Shown: one piece after another, positions 55,664-63,298 of the stretch | Position numbering within the stretch: position 1 is the stretch's first letter | How the letters are laid out: every line of letters begins with the position of its first letter | Source: a bacterium | GTDB taxonomy: Bacteria; Actinomycetota; Acidimicrobiia; Spongiisociales; ZC4RG35 | Length of the DNA: 64,000 nucleotides | Direction: 5' to 3' | Assembly (NCBI GenBank): GCA_024638655.1 | Contig: JAHEJW010000015.1 | Location: 8,195 to 72,194 of the forward strand | Notes under the pieces: generated by a model | The model's input: only the letters and a program-made list of their open reading frames with translations | Told to the model about the DNA's origin: nothing | Database searches by the model: none | Position numbers and translations under genes: made by a program

Positions 55664-56137
55664 TCACCAGCCCCAGGTGCCCGGGCCTCCCTTGAATGGC
55701 CCGCGGATCTCGGACGTGATCCAACCACCGTAGAAATCGCCCTCCTGGGCCTTGGCCGGCTCGCCAGCCACGAAGCAGTCGACTTTGGACGGATAGAACG
55801 CGATCGAGTCCCTTATCTGTTCGAACCCTGGTGAAGGCTGGGGGTAGGACCAGGCAACGGAATCGACTCCGGGATCGCGGACGAGGTCCCAGTATGTGGC
55901 CTCCCCCTTGAACTCGCAGAAGGTCGTTCTTCGGCTTGGAGCCAAGAGACTCATCTCGACGTCCTCGGGTGGGATGTAGAAGACGGGCGGGTGTGAGGTC
56001 TCCAAGACGCGAACTGCCCGGCTGCTCTCCGCCATCGTGAGGCCGTCGAATTCAACCCGGATGTTGCGTCCGTCGGATTCGACCCTGGGTGGTCTCGGGT
56101 AGTCCCAGACCGATTCGGACTCCAGTTCATTGCGCAT
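55664..56137 (-). CDS. DUF427 domain protein
   Basis: SVWDYPRPPRVE...VLETSHPPVFYIPPEDV...TFCEFKGEATYW. Confidence 0.8.
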   Translation of the reverse strand: MRNELESESVWDYPRPPRVESDGRNIRVEFDGLTMAESSRAVRVLETSHPPVFYIPPEDVEMSLLAPSRRTTFCEFKGEATYWDLVRDPGVDSVAWSYPQPSPGFEQIRDSIAFYPSKVDCFVAGEPAKAQEGDFYGGWITSEIRGPFKGGPGTWGW

Positions 56138-56222
56138 CGCAGGACTGATTCGTCACCGGAGGAATCACGGATGACGTTGTGAGATCCGCCCAGACGGGTT
56201 GATCCGAAGAGAAACCGTGAGA

Positions 56223-56546
56223 ATGGCGCGAATAATGGGATTGGCCGTCCTCGCTGGGATGGCAGTGGCCATTTGGTTCGGGCTGGCCGAAGGCAACTTC
56301 ATGAGTGAGGGCTCCGATATCTGGTCCTTGCCGTGGGGAAGGGTCTCATTGGTGGATCTGTATCTCGGTCTCGCGCTCTTTGCGGCATGGGTGGCACTTC
56401 GTGAGCCCAAGGTCGTGACGACCGCCGCCTGGTGGGCGGCGCTCCTTCTTCTGGGGAACCTGGCGGCCGGGGCCTATGTGACGGTCGCAGCCTTCCGGTC
56501 GAGAGACCTCCACCAGCTCTTGTTGGGAGACCTGACGAGCCATTAG
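56223..56546 (+). CDS. DUF1475-like small membrane protein
   Basis: Three to four helices. SLPWGRVSLVDLYLGLALFAAWV pattern. Confidence 0.58.
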   Translation: MARIMGLAVLAGMAVAIWFGLAEGNFMSEGSDIWSLPWGRVSLVDLYLGLALFAAWVALREPKVVTTAAWWAALLLLGNLAAGAYVTVAAFRSRDLHQLLLGDLTSH

Positions 56547-56721
56547 CGCTCTCATCACCACGACCTCCACATGCGGCAGGGTGTCCTCAGTCTTTGACTG
56601 ATGACACGGTTCGGCTCGCCCAACACCCGATTTGAGACCAATGGCCCTCTCGATCGGGACGAACGGTCCGAGACATCGCGGGTCACGACGTCGAGAGTGG
56701 CAAGGTGAAAGGAGCCATGCC

Positions 56722-57177
56722 GTGATCGAGTCACACGACTATGAGATCCAGATCGTGAGTACCGGAGCAAGATCGGGGGTCATGGAGTCCGAGGAAGATC
56801 GTCTGCCCAGTCTGTACGTGGCATCTCCGCCGGAGTTTGGGGGTCCTGAGGCCGTGTGGAGCCCTGAGCATCTGTTTGTGGCATCGGTGGCTGCATGCCT
56901 GATGACCACGTTCCGGGCCATAGCTGAGATCTCGAAGTTGGAGATCATCGAGTACACCGATGAAGCCGTTGGCCATCTGCAGCGAGGAGATGATCGTCTC
57001 TACTCCATCGACAAGATCATTCTGCGTCCCAAGGTCGTCATCGGAGCCGACGAGGATCTCGAGAAGACCAGGCGTTTGCTTCGGAAGGCCGGGGAGACTT
57101 GTCTGATCAGCCGGTCCGTATCGAGCGAAATCGTCCTGGATGCCCAAGTCCTGGTGGCCCACAAAGTAGGTAGGTGA
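56722..57177 (+). CDS. OsmC/Ohr family peroxiredoxin
   Basis: SPEHLFVASVAACLMTTF and AGETCLISRS (the two OsmC cysteines). SD GAAAGGAG lies 7 nt before GTG 56722. Confidence 0.85.
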   Translation: MIESHDYEIQIVSTGARSGVMESEEDRLPSLYVASPPEFGGPEAVWSPEHLFVASVAACLMTTFRAIAEISKLEIIEYTDEAVGHLQRGDDRLYSIDKIILRPKVVIGADEDLEKTRRLLRKAGETCLISRSVSSEIVLDAQVLVAHKVGR

Positions 57178-57303
57178 GCCCCAACCGTTGACTGCGAGAG
57201 CCCTGTTGCTCTCAGTTCATGGTTCCCTTTCACCGCCCGAGTGAGGTCGATCCATACCGCCGGTTCTGCACGGCTCGGGCCCCGTGTCTCGGACAAAGAG
57301 AGA

Positions 57304-57329
57304 GCCCGCCTCCTTTGGCGGAGGCGGGC
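57304..57329. terminator. bidirectional intrinsic terminator between osmC and the sulfur operon
   Basis: 10-bp stem gcccgcctcc / ggaggcgggc with loop tttggc, flanked by agagaga and tctctct. Confidence 0.62.
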
Positions 57330-57356
57330 TTCGTCTCTCTCCGGGCAGGGTCTAGC

Positions 57357-57896
57357 TCAGATGAATATGACCTGAGATCCTTCTGAAAGCTCGATGAACT
57401 CGCTTACGTTGATGATGTCCTCGACCCCCTCGAACATGTCGTCCTTGGTGAGTCCCATCATGTCGACGGAGAGTTTGCAGGCCCAGAAACGGGCACCCAT
57501 GTCATGGAGCATCTGGACGAACTCGGGCACTTCGGGTACGTCGAGGTCCGCAATCTGCTTCTTGAGCATATTGGTGGCGAACGCCGTCATCCCGGGCAGC
57601 CCTCCAAGCCCCTGAGGCAGATGCTTGGTCGAGCCCTTCATGTGCATCGCGGTGTTGCCCAGCATCGAGAACTGGAGATCTCCCCAGGTCCCCTTGTTGA
57701 TCATGTCCATGCCCCAGAACGTGAAGAAGATGTCGACTTCGACACCCTCTCCAAGGGCTCCGTTGGCCATGATCAGCGCGGGGTAGGCCATATCCAGGTT
57801 CCCCTTCGAGCAGATAAAGCAGATTCTCCGCTGCTCTGTTTCGTCTCCGAAATCAGGGACTACCGCTGGTGCGGTCTGTGTTGTTGTCATCGTCAC
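57357..57896 (-). CDS. DsrE/DsrF-like (COG2210-type) sulfur-carrier family protein
   Basis: RRICFICSKGNLDMAYPALIMANGAL...FFTFWGMD...FWACKLSVDMMG. Confidence 0.8.
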   Translation of the reverse strand: MTMTTTQTAPAVVPDFGDETEQRRICFICSKGNLDMAYPALIMANGALGEGVEVDIFFTFWGMDMINKGTWGDLQFSMLGNTAMHMKGSTKHLPQGLGGLPGMTAFATNMLKKQIADLDVPEVPEFVQMLHDMGARFWACKLSVDMMGLTKDDMFEGVEDIINVSEFIELSEGSQVIFI

Positions 57897-57913
57897 CTCC
57901 TAAAGATGCAGCC

Positions 57914-58231
57914 TCAGACGCAGCCCTTTGGCTTTGGAAGCCCGGCGATGTAGGCCATCTTCTTGGCCGGCTTCTTCGGAAAGAGCTGGAACAGCTCCTT
58001 GGTGGGGATTCCCCCTACCGTCGTGACTCGCCTGAGTGTGGCTGTCTCACCCTGAGCCTTGTAGTCCTCACGTAGGAAATCGATGACCTCCATGTGACGG
58101 TCCGTCAGCTCGATGGCGATGTTCGACGCCAGCTGGCCGGCCACCTCTTCGCTCCACTCGTCGTACTCGGTCATGAATCCTTCTTCGTCGACATGGACAT
58201 CACGACCGGCAATCGTTGCCAGGCTCATCAA
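57914..58231 (-). CDS. TusE/DsrC/DsvC family sulfur relay protein
   Basis: VDEEGFMTEYDEWSEEVA...HMEVIDFLREDY...C-terminal LPKPKGCV with the conserved penultimate Cys. No second Cys about 10 residues upstream. Confidence 0.85.
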   Translation of the reverse strand: MMSLATIAGRDVHVDEEGFMTEYDEWSEEVAGQLASNIAIELTDRHMEVIDFLREDYKAQGETATLRRVTTVGGIPTKELFQLFPKKPAKKMAYIAGLPKPKGCV

Positions 58232-58755
58232 TGAGCCTCCTTTCTTGTTTCAACACTTGTTATCTGCACGTCACCAAGGCTCCTCAAGAACACCAGGAGC
58301 CGGTAAAGGCCGCGGCGCACGTCGGGCTGTCGCATTTGGCCGAGGAGCGCCATGAGCGAGGGTGGATCCAACGGCTCCTCGGCGTCATGGACGTTCTGGA
58401 GGGTGGAGCGCAGGAGAGACATGACCTCCGGTTGGGTCATCTCTTTGATCGTCTCGAGGATCAGCACCACGTTGTCTCCAAGAGCCTCGACGTCGTCACT
58501 GTCGAACGATGTGACGATTCGATCGACGACCCCGAGCCCGCTGCGGGCGAAGGCGGTGTAGCCACGACTCTCGACCTGTGACATTGCTTTCGTGACGGTC
58601 TCAAAGCTTTGTGCCGCGATGGGTGAGAGATCGCCGGTCAGCTCGCTGAGGGCCTGTCTCATGTGCCGACGCTCTTCGGCCTCATCAACGAGGAATTGAA
58701 CCTTCGCGCTCAATTCCTCGAAGCGGGCCTCGGTGCTCAATGTCTCTGTGGTCAT
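58228..58755 (-). CDS. DUF1641 domain protein
   Basis: 175 aa. C-terminal MALLGQMRQPDVRRGLYRLLVFLRSLG is typical of DUF1641. ATGA overlaps at both ends. Confidence 0.75.
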   Translation of the reverse strand: MTTETLSTEARFEELSAKVQFLVDEAEERRHMRQALSELTGDLSPIAAQSFETVTKAMSQVESRGYTAFARSGLGVVDRIVTSFDSDDVEALGDNVVLILETIKEMTQPEVMSLLRSTLQNVHDAEEPLDPPSLMALLGQMRQPDVRRGLYRLLVFLRSLGDVQITSVETRKEAH

Positions 58756-59990
58756 TCGGGCATCTCCTCCTTGCCGGCCATCGACATCAGTGCCGGCAGC
58801 GGCAGATCGCGTCCGGGGAGCAGGGCGTTCCAGTAGACCCACTTGAACATGAGCTTCCCGAAATGGTTCACCTCTGTCTCCTCGAGCAAGGAAAACGGGC
58901 CGATTCCGGGAAGGGGGTACTTCCCGGGCAGCGGCTGGGTGTCGTAGTTGAAGTCGATCAACAGAGCCTTGCCATCGCCCGACTCGACGAAGCAGTTGGC
59001 GTGTCCGTCGAAGCCATGGGTCATTGGCTGACCCTTGATGTGTTGGAGGAAGTTCTCCGTGAAGATATCGACCGCGAAGTGCGCCACCGAGCCTGCCTTT
59101 GACGTGGGAAGGTCGGCCGCGTCTCCGATCGCGAAGATGTTGTCCCACTCAGTGGAGAGGAACGTCGCCTTGTCGACCGGCACGAAGTTGAGCTCGTCAC
59201 CCAACCCACTGCGAGCGATGCAGTCGGCGCCCATGTTGAGCGGCACCGTCACGAGAAGATCGAACGGAATCTCTCGCTCGTCGTACGAGACGATCTTCTT
59301 GCTCTCGTTGTCCACGCTCTCGATGTAGAAGTCGGTTTCGATTGCGATCTTTCGCTCTTCGAGCATGCCGCCCAGCCTCTTCGAGGCGACCGGCTTGGTG
59401 AATGCACCGTCGAGTGGTGTCACATAGGTGATCTCCACTCGGTCTCGCATGCCCTTCGACTTGAAGAAGGAGTCTGCGAGGAAGGTGAACTCCAACGGAG
59501 CCACCGGGCACTTGATCGGCATCTCGGTTATGTGGACGACGAGTTGACCGCCATCCCAGCCGGACAGTTTCTCGGCCAGGGCAGTGGCCCCGTCGTAGGT
59601 GTAGAAGTCGAAGACGCTTCTGCGCCACTCTTCTCCGTCCATGCCTGGGGTCTGATCCGGCCGGGGCGTGGTGCCCGTGGCGATTACGAGGTAGTCGTAG
59701 GTGAGAACGCTTCCGTCGGTGAGGAGTACCCGATTCGACTCGGGCTCGACGCGGTCGATCTCACCCATCGTCAAACTGACACCCTTTGGTATGAAGCGAT
59801 CTTTCGGCTTGATCACTTCTTCCGGCTGATAGGTGCCAAACGGGATGAAGAGATAGCCGGGCTGGTAGTGGTGCTCTCGCTCCTGGTCCACAAGGGTGAT
59901 CGACCACTCGTCGCTGCTGAGCGATGGTCTCAGCTTGTTGGCGATCATCGTCCCTGCCGTACCGGCGCCGAGCACCAAGAGACGTTTCAT
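58752..59990 (-). CDS. sulfide:quinone oxidoreductase-like FAD-dependent pyridine nucleotide-disulfide oxidoreductase
   Basis: KRLLVLGAGTAGTMIA (FAD fold), conserved redox Cys contexts MPIKCPVAPLEF and GHANCFVESGDGKA, IFAIGDAA. SD AGGAG lies before ATG 59990. Upstream ATG 60008 is also possible. Confidence 0.85.
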   Translation of the reverse strand: MKRLLVLGAGTAGTMIANKLRPSLSSDEWSITLVDQEREHHYQPGYLFIPFGTYQPEEVIKPKDRFIPKGVSLTMGEIDRVEPESNRVLLTDGSVLTYDYLVIATGTTPRPDQTPGMDGEEWRRSVFDFYTYDGATALAEKLSGWDGGQLVVHITEMPIKCPVAPLEFTFLADSFFKSKGMRDRVEITYVTPLDGAFTKPVASKRLGGMLEERKIAIETDFYIESVDNESKKIVSYDEREIPFDLLVTVPLNMGADCIARSGLGDELNFVPVDKATFLSTEWDNIFAIGDAADLPTSKAGSVAHFAVDIFTENFLQHIKGQPMTHGFDGHANCFVESGDGKALLIDFNYDTQPLPGKYPLPGIGPFSLLEETEVNHFGKLMFKWVYWNALLPGRDLPLPALMSMAGKEEMPE

Positions 59991-60190
59991 GAGTTTCTCC
60001 TGGTTCATTGGCGAGCTCGAAAACGAGCCATGGCCCGATAGTCGCTCCTGAGGGTCAAAGTCGACAGGGGCGGAGTGCCATTCCCGGTGGGACTTTTGGT
60101 TCCATGAGGCGGCGACGCGTCCTGTCAGAGCAAGTCCTCGCCGGTGGATGGGTTACCCGTGATGGGGGAGAGCTCCGACGGTTTCCGCTG

Positions 60191-60235
60191 GAAAGTCAGG
60201 CGTACCTGATTGGGAAGTCAGGCGTATCTGATTGG
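60191..60235. repeat. tandem 23/22-bp direct repeat, each unit containing a 5+4+5 palindrome
   Basis: gaaagTCAGGcgtaCCTGAttgg / gaagTCAGGcgtaTCTGAttgg, followed by a degenerate third copy gaaatcagacgtc that overlaps the stop of the 60240 gene. Confidence 0.65.
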
Positions 60236-60239
60236 GAAA

Positions 60240-60539
60240 TCAGACGTCGCCCCGCATCAGCGCGGCCATACGCCGCCTGAGACCGGGGTGTGCATTCCTG
60301 AGACCGAGATCGAGGGCGAATTTGGCGTCGTCGGTGACATCGAGAATCACTTCCTCGCCTTCGGCGCGCAGATGAAACCCGTCTTGTAGGGCTGAGACCC
60401 TGATCTCCTCACGAGACCAGTTCGCCACCTGAGTGTCTCCCGCCCTGACTATGAAGCGGTCGTCGGTGAGGTCGATCTCCACGCCAAGGGGTGGCTCGCT
60501 GTCGCCCCGGATCCGAAGCAAGGCTTCATAAGCAGACAT
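60240..60539 (-). CDS. conserved hypothetical ~99-aa protein, paralog B
   Basis: MSAYEALLRIRGDSEPPL...EIRVSALQDGFHLRAEGEEVILDVTDDAKFALDLGLRNAHPGLRRRM. SD GGAGG lies upstream of ATG 60539. Confidence 0.62.
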   Translation of the reverse strand: MSAYEALLRIRGDSEPPLGVEIDLTDDRFIVRAGDTQVANWSREEIRVSALQDGFHLRAEGEEVILDVTDDAKFALDLGLRNAHPGLRRRMAALMRGDV

Positions 60540-60808
60540 CACGCCTCCGTGTCTATCCCTCTCCTTTGGGACAGAGTACCCGCAGATCTGAGGAACGGAA
60601 GCGTCTGAGTGGCCTGTTTTCGAAGCAGAACGGGCCACTTTTGGGGCTCTTCCGAGACGGACTCCCCAATCCTCGAGGGCCGCCACTGCGAACCACATGT
60701 ATGAGCACAGTCGCCCTGGTCTCGTTCGCCGCGAGCGGGTTCGCACGTGCGTCCGAGCGGATCTCAAGTTGGGAGTTCGTTACCGTCGAGGCTCACCCGT
60801 CCGGTCGT

Positions 60809-61366
60809 ATGTATAAAGATCTGTCGAATCTCGAGCTCAGTGATCTCCTCGCACTTGTCGCAACAGGCGAGTCGGAAGCCTTCTCACGTCTATACGACAG
60901 GACCTCGGACATGGTCTACGGTCTTGCCCTGAGGGTCGTGAAGGCACCTGCTCTCGCCGAGGAGGTCACCCAGGAGGTGTACCTGCAGATCTGGGAGCGG
61001 GCAGATACCTTCGACCCCGGTAAGGGCTCGGGCAAGACCTGGATAGCGACCCTGGCGCACCGTCGAGCCGTGGACGCCGTTCGACGGTCCCAGAGCGCCC
61101 GCGACAGGGAGGATCGGGTCGTTCCGGAAGCCCCACGGGATGATGTGTCCGAGTCGGCCATAGAGGCCGACGAGCGAGCCCGGGTTCGTCGAGCACTCTC
61201 GTCCTTGACCGAGCTGCAGTGGGAGGCGATCGACCTCGCCTATTTCGGCGGATTGACCTATCGGGAGGTCTCCGAGTGGTTGGGCGCTCCCCTCGGTACC
61301 GTGAAATCGAGAATGAGAGACGGGCTATTGAGGCTCCGTGAAACCATGGGAGAACACCATGGCTGA
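60809..61366 (+). CDS. sigK: ECF RNA polymerase sigma factor (SigK-like)
   Basis: Region 2 FSRLYDRTSDMVYGLALRVV...EVTQEVYLQIWER. Region 4 LTELQWEAIDLAYFGGLTYREVSEWLGAPLGTVKSRMRDGL. Followed by an RskA-type anti-sigma gene. Confidence 0.85.
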   Translation: MYKDLSNLELSDLLALVATGESEAFSRLYDRTSDMVYGLALRVVKAPALAEEVTQEVYLQIWERADTFDPGKGSGKTWIATLAHRRAVDAVRRSQSARDREDRVVPEAPRDDVSESAIEADERARVRRALSSLTELQWEAIDLAYFGGLTYREVSEWLGAPLGTVKSRMRDGLLRLRETMGEHHG

Positions 61367-62033
61367 GCTACATGACCTGACGGCCGCGTACGCCCTCGAC
61401 GCTCTCGATCAAGTCGAACGGAACAGTTACGAGGAACATCTGGAGGCCTGTGCACGGTGTCGTGGGGAGCTGAATCGGCTTTCCGATGGAGCGACCCATT
61501 TGGCAGAGAGCGCCTCGCAAACGCCTCCAGCCCATCTCAAGGATCAGATCATGGACAGAATCGAGGAGTCTCCGCAGAAGGACGTCCTCCGACTCGGTCT
61601 TGCCCGGCCGAGGAGTCGCGGTTGGCAGTTGGCCTTTGCGGCCGCCGCAATGCTGGCGGTTGTCTTCGCCGGCCTGCTCGTCGCGTCGAATACCAGGCTC
61701 GATCGTGCCGAGACGGTTGCGGCCATCTACGAGGCTGGCGACTCTGTTTCGCTCTCGCTCGAGTCCGAAGCCGGCCCGGCTGAGTTCACCTACTCGAGGG
61801 AGCTCGGATTGGGCGTGTTCCTGGATCGTGGGCTCGCCGAGCCACCTGGGAACCGCGTCTACGAGCTGTGGCTAGTGGGGGAATCTGGGCCCGTTCCCGC
61901 CGGTATCTTCAAACCGGGCGACGACGTCCTAGTCAGTGATCTCGCACCTGGCCTTGTGCTGGCAATGACCGAGGAGCCGGCAGGTGGCTCGGATCAACCC
62001 ACCGGGGACATTCTCTTCACTGCCGAGCTGTGA
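61359..62033 (+). CDS. rskA: anti-sigma-K factor RskA
   Basis: LTAAYALDAL, HLEACARC, helix LAFAAAAMLAVVFAGLLVA, C-terminal YELWLVGESGPVPAGIF...TEEPAGGSDQPTG. Overlaps the sigK stop by 8 nt. Confidence 0.82.
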   Translation: MAELHDLTAAYALDALDQVERNSYEEHLEACARCRGELNRLSDGATHLAESASQTPPAHLKDQIMDRIEESPQKDVLRLGLARPRSRGWQLAFAAAAMLAVVFAGLLVASNTRLDRAETVAAIYEAGDSVSLSLESEAGPAEFTYSRELGLGVFLDRGLAEPPGNRVYELWLVGESGPVPAGIFKPGDDVLVSDLAPGLVLAMTEEPAGGSDQPTGDILFTAEL

Positions 62034-62074
62034 CATCCCGGAAACCAACGCCCAATCCAAGACGTTCTAGCTTC

Positions 62075-62851
62075 ATGAGACCGATGGCCCGGCTGCTCGT
62101 CTTTGGCGTTCTGCTGACGGCATGTGGTGGAGAGGCTGCGACCACGACCACAAACGTCCTTCCTTCTACGTCGCCAACCACCGTGGAAAGCAGTGTTCCG
62201 AGCACCACCCTTCCGGTCCCCAGCACATCCCCGGCAAGCACAGCTCCTAGCACTACCGCCGTGACCACCACGACCCTGCCGGGTGAGCCGATCGATTTCG
62301 GCCCGACACCTGGTGCCACCCTGATGGTGATCGGTGTCTCACATGACGACGTTCTCAATCTGCGCAGGCTTCCGGGGACGGCTTTCGACGTCATCGCCCA
62401 AATCCCCCCCAACTATCGCGATCTCCGCGCACTGGGCAACACCCGCGACATCGGCAACTCCTTCTGGATCGAGGTCGACTTCGAAGGCACAGTCGGCTGG
62501 GTCCATATGGGCTTCATCGGATTCGAGGGTGCAACGGACGACCTGACTGCGTACGTCGTCGATCAGCTCGGTGACCGCCCTTCGGCGGGCTCGATGAGCG
62601 AGCTCGGCCGGATCGTCGCCGAGTTGTTCCTCTCGGATGATCCGCCGTCAGATGTTGTGAAAGTGATCGATGAGACGGTGGGCGACGTGGGGGAGGTCAC
62701 TCTTGACGTGGTCGGGCTGGGAGACGACTCCGTCAGGGGAGTCCGCCTGCATGTCTTCGGTGAGCCGTTCGAGGGCGGTTTCGCGCTGCGGAACCTCGAG
62801 GTGACCTACTTGTGTGGGAGGGACGTGACCGCCGAAGGGATCTGCGTCTGA
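62075..62851 (+). CDS. secreted lipoprotein with Thr/Pro/Ser-rich linker and SH3b-like segment
   Basis: Lipobox LLTACGG, then a ~55-aa T/S/P-rich linker, then LNLRRLPGTAFDVIAQIP...WIEVDFEGTVGWVHMGFI. No family firmly recognised. Confidence 0.62.
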   Translation: MRPMARLLVFGVLLTACGGEAATTTTNVLPSTSPTTVESSVPSTTLPVPSTSPASTAPSTTAVTTTTLPGEPIDFGPTPGATLMVIGVSHDDVLNLRRLPGTAFDVIAQIPPNYRDLRALGNTRDIGNSFWIEVDFEGTVGWVHMGFIGFEGATDDLTAYVVDQLGDRPSAGSMSELGRIVAELFLSDDPPSDVVKVIDETVGDVGEVTLDVVGLGDDSVRGVRLHVFGEPFEGGFALRNLEVTYLCGRDVTAEGICV

Positions 62852-62857
62852 TCCCCC

Positions 62858-63241
62858 TCACTCCTCCTCGGACGATCCAGCGAGGATCCGCCCAGGGGTC
62901 AGGGCGGATCTGAGAATCGATGATGTAATCGGTTTGAGAACCTGTGCGTCGGCTCCCGCTCTCCGCCCGATGAACTCATCGGCGGAACGATCCAACAGGA
63001 GGACCGTGCGGGGTCGCTCGGCTCCTTCAAACGTCTGGCGTATCGATCTCACGACGGCCATGCCTCCCATGCTCCCGATCTGCATATCGACGATGACGGC
63101 CTCAGGAATCCTCTCAGCGATCACATCTGTGACGAGTCGAGGATCATCGAGCATCTCAACCTCCCAATCGCCGAGGGCGAGCGCACTCTTGACCTCGTTC
63201 ACAACCCACTCGGCGTCGGCTACCAAAAGGACCCTCGACAT
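62858..63241 (-). CDS. stand-alone receiver-domain protein (CheY-like) with partly degenerate acidic pocket
   Basis: VLLVADAEW (instead of DD), phospho-acceptor context AVIVDMQIGSMGG, LLLDRS, VLKP. Confidence 0.78.
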   Translation of the reverse strand: MSRVLLVADAEWVVNEVKSALALGDWEVEMLDDPRLVTDVIAERIPEAVIVDMQIGSMGGMAVVRSIRQTFEGAERPRTVLLLDRSADEFIGRRAGADAQVLKPITSSILRSALTPGRILAGSSEEE

Positions 63242-63298
63242 TGCTACGTCACGATAACCCTCGCCGCGTGTTCAGCCGTCGGCCATCGAAGTGAGGGA

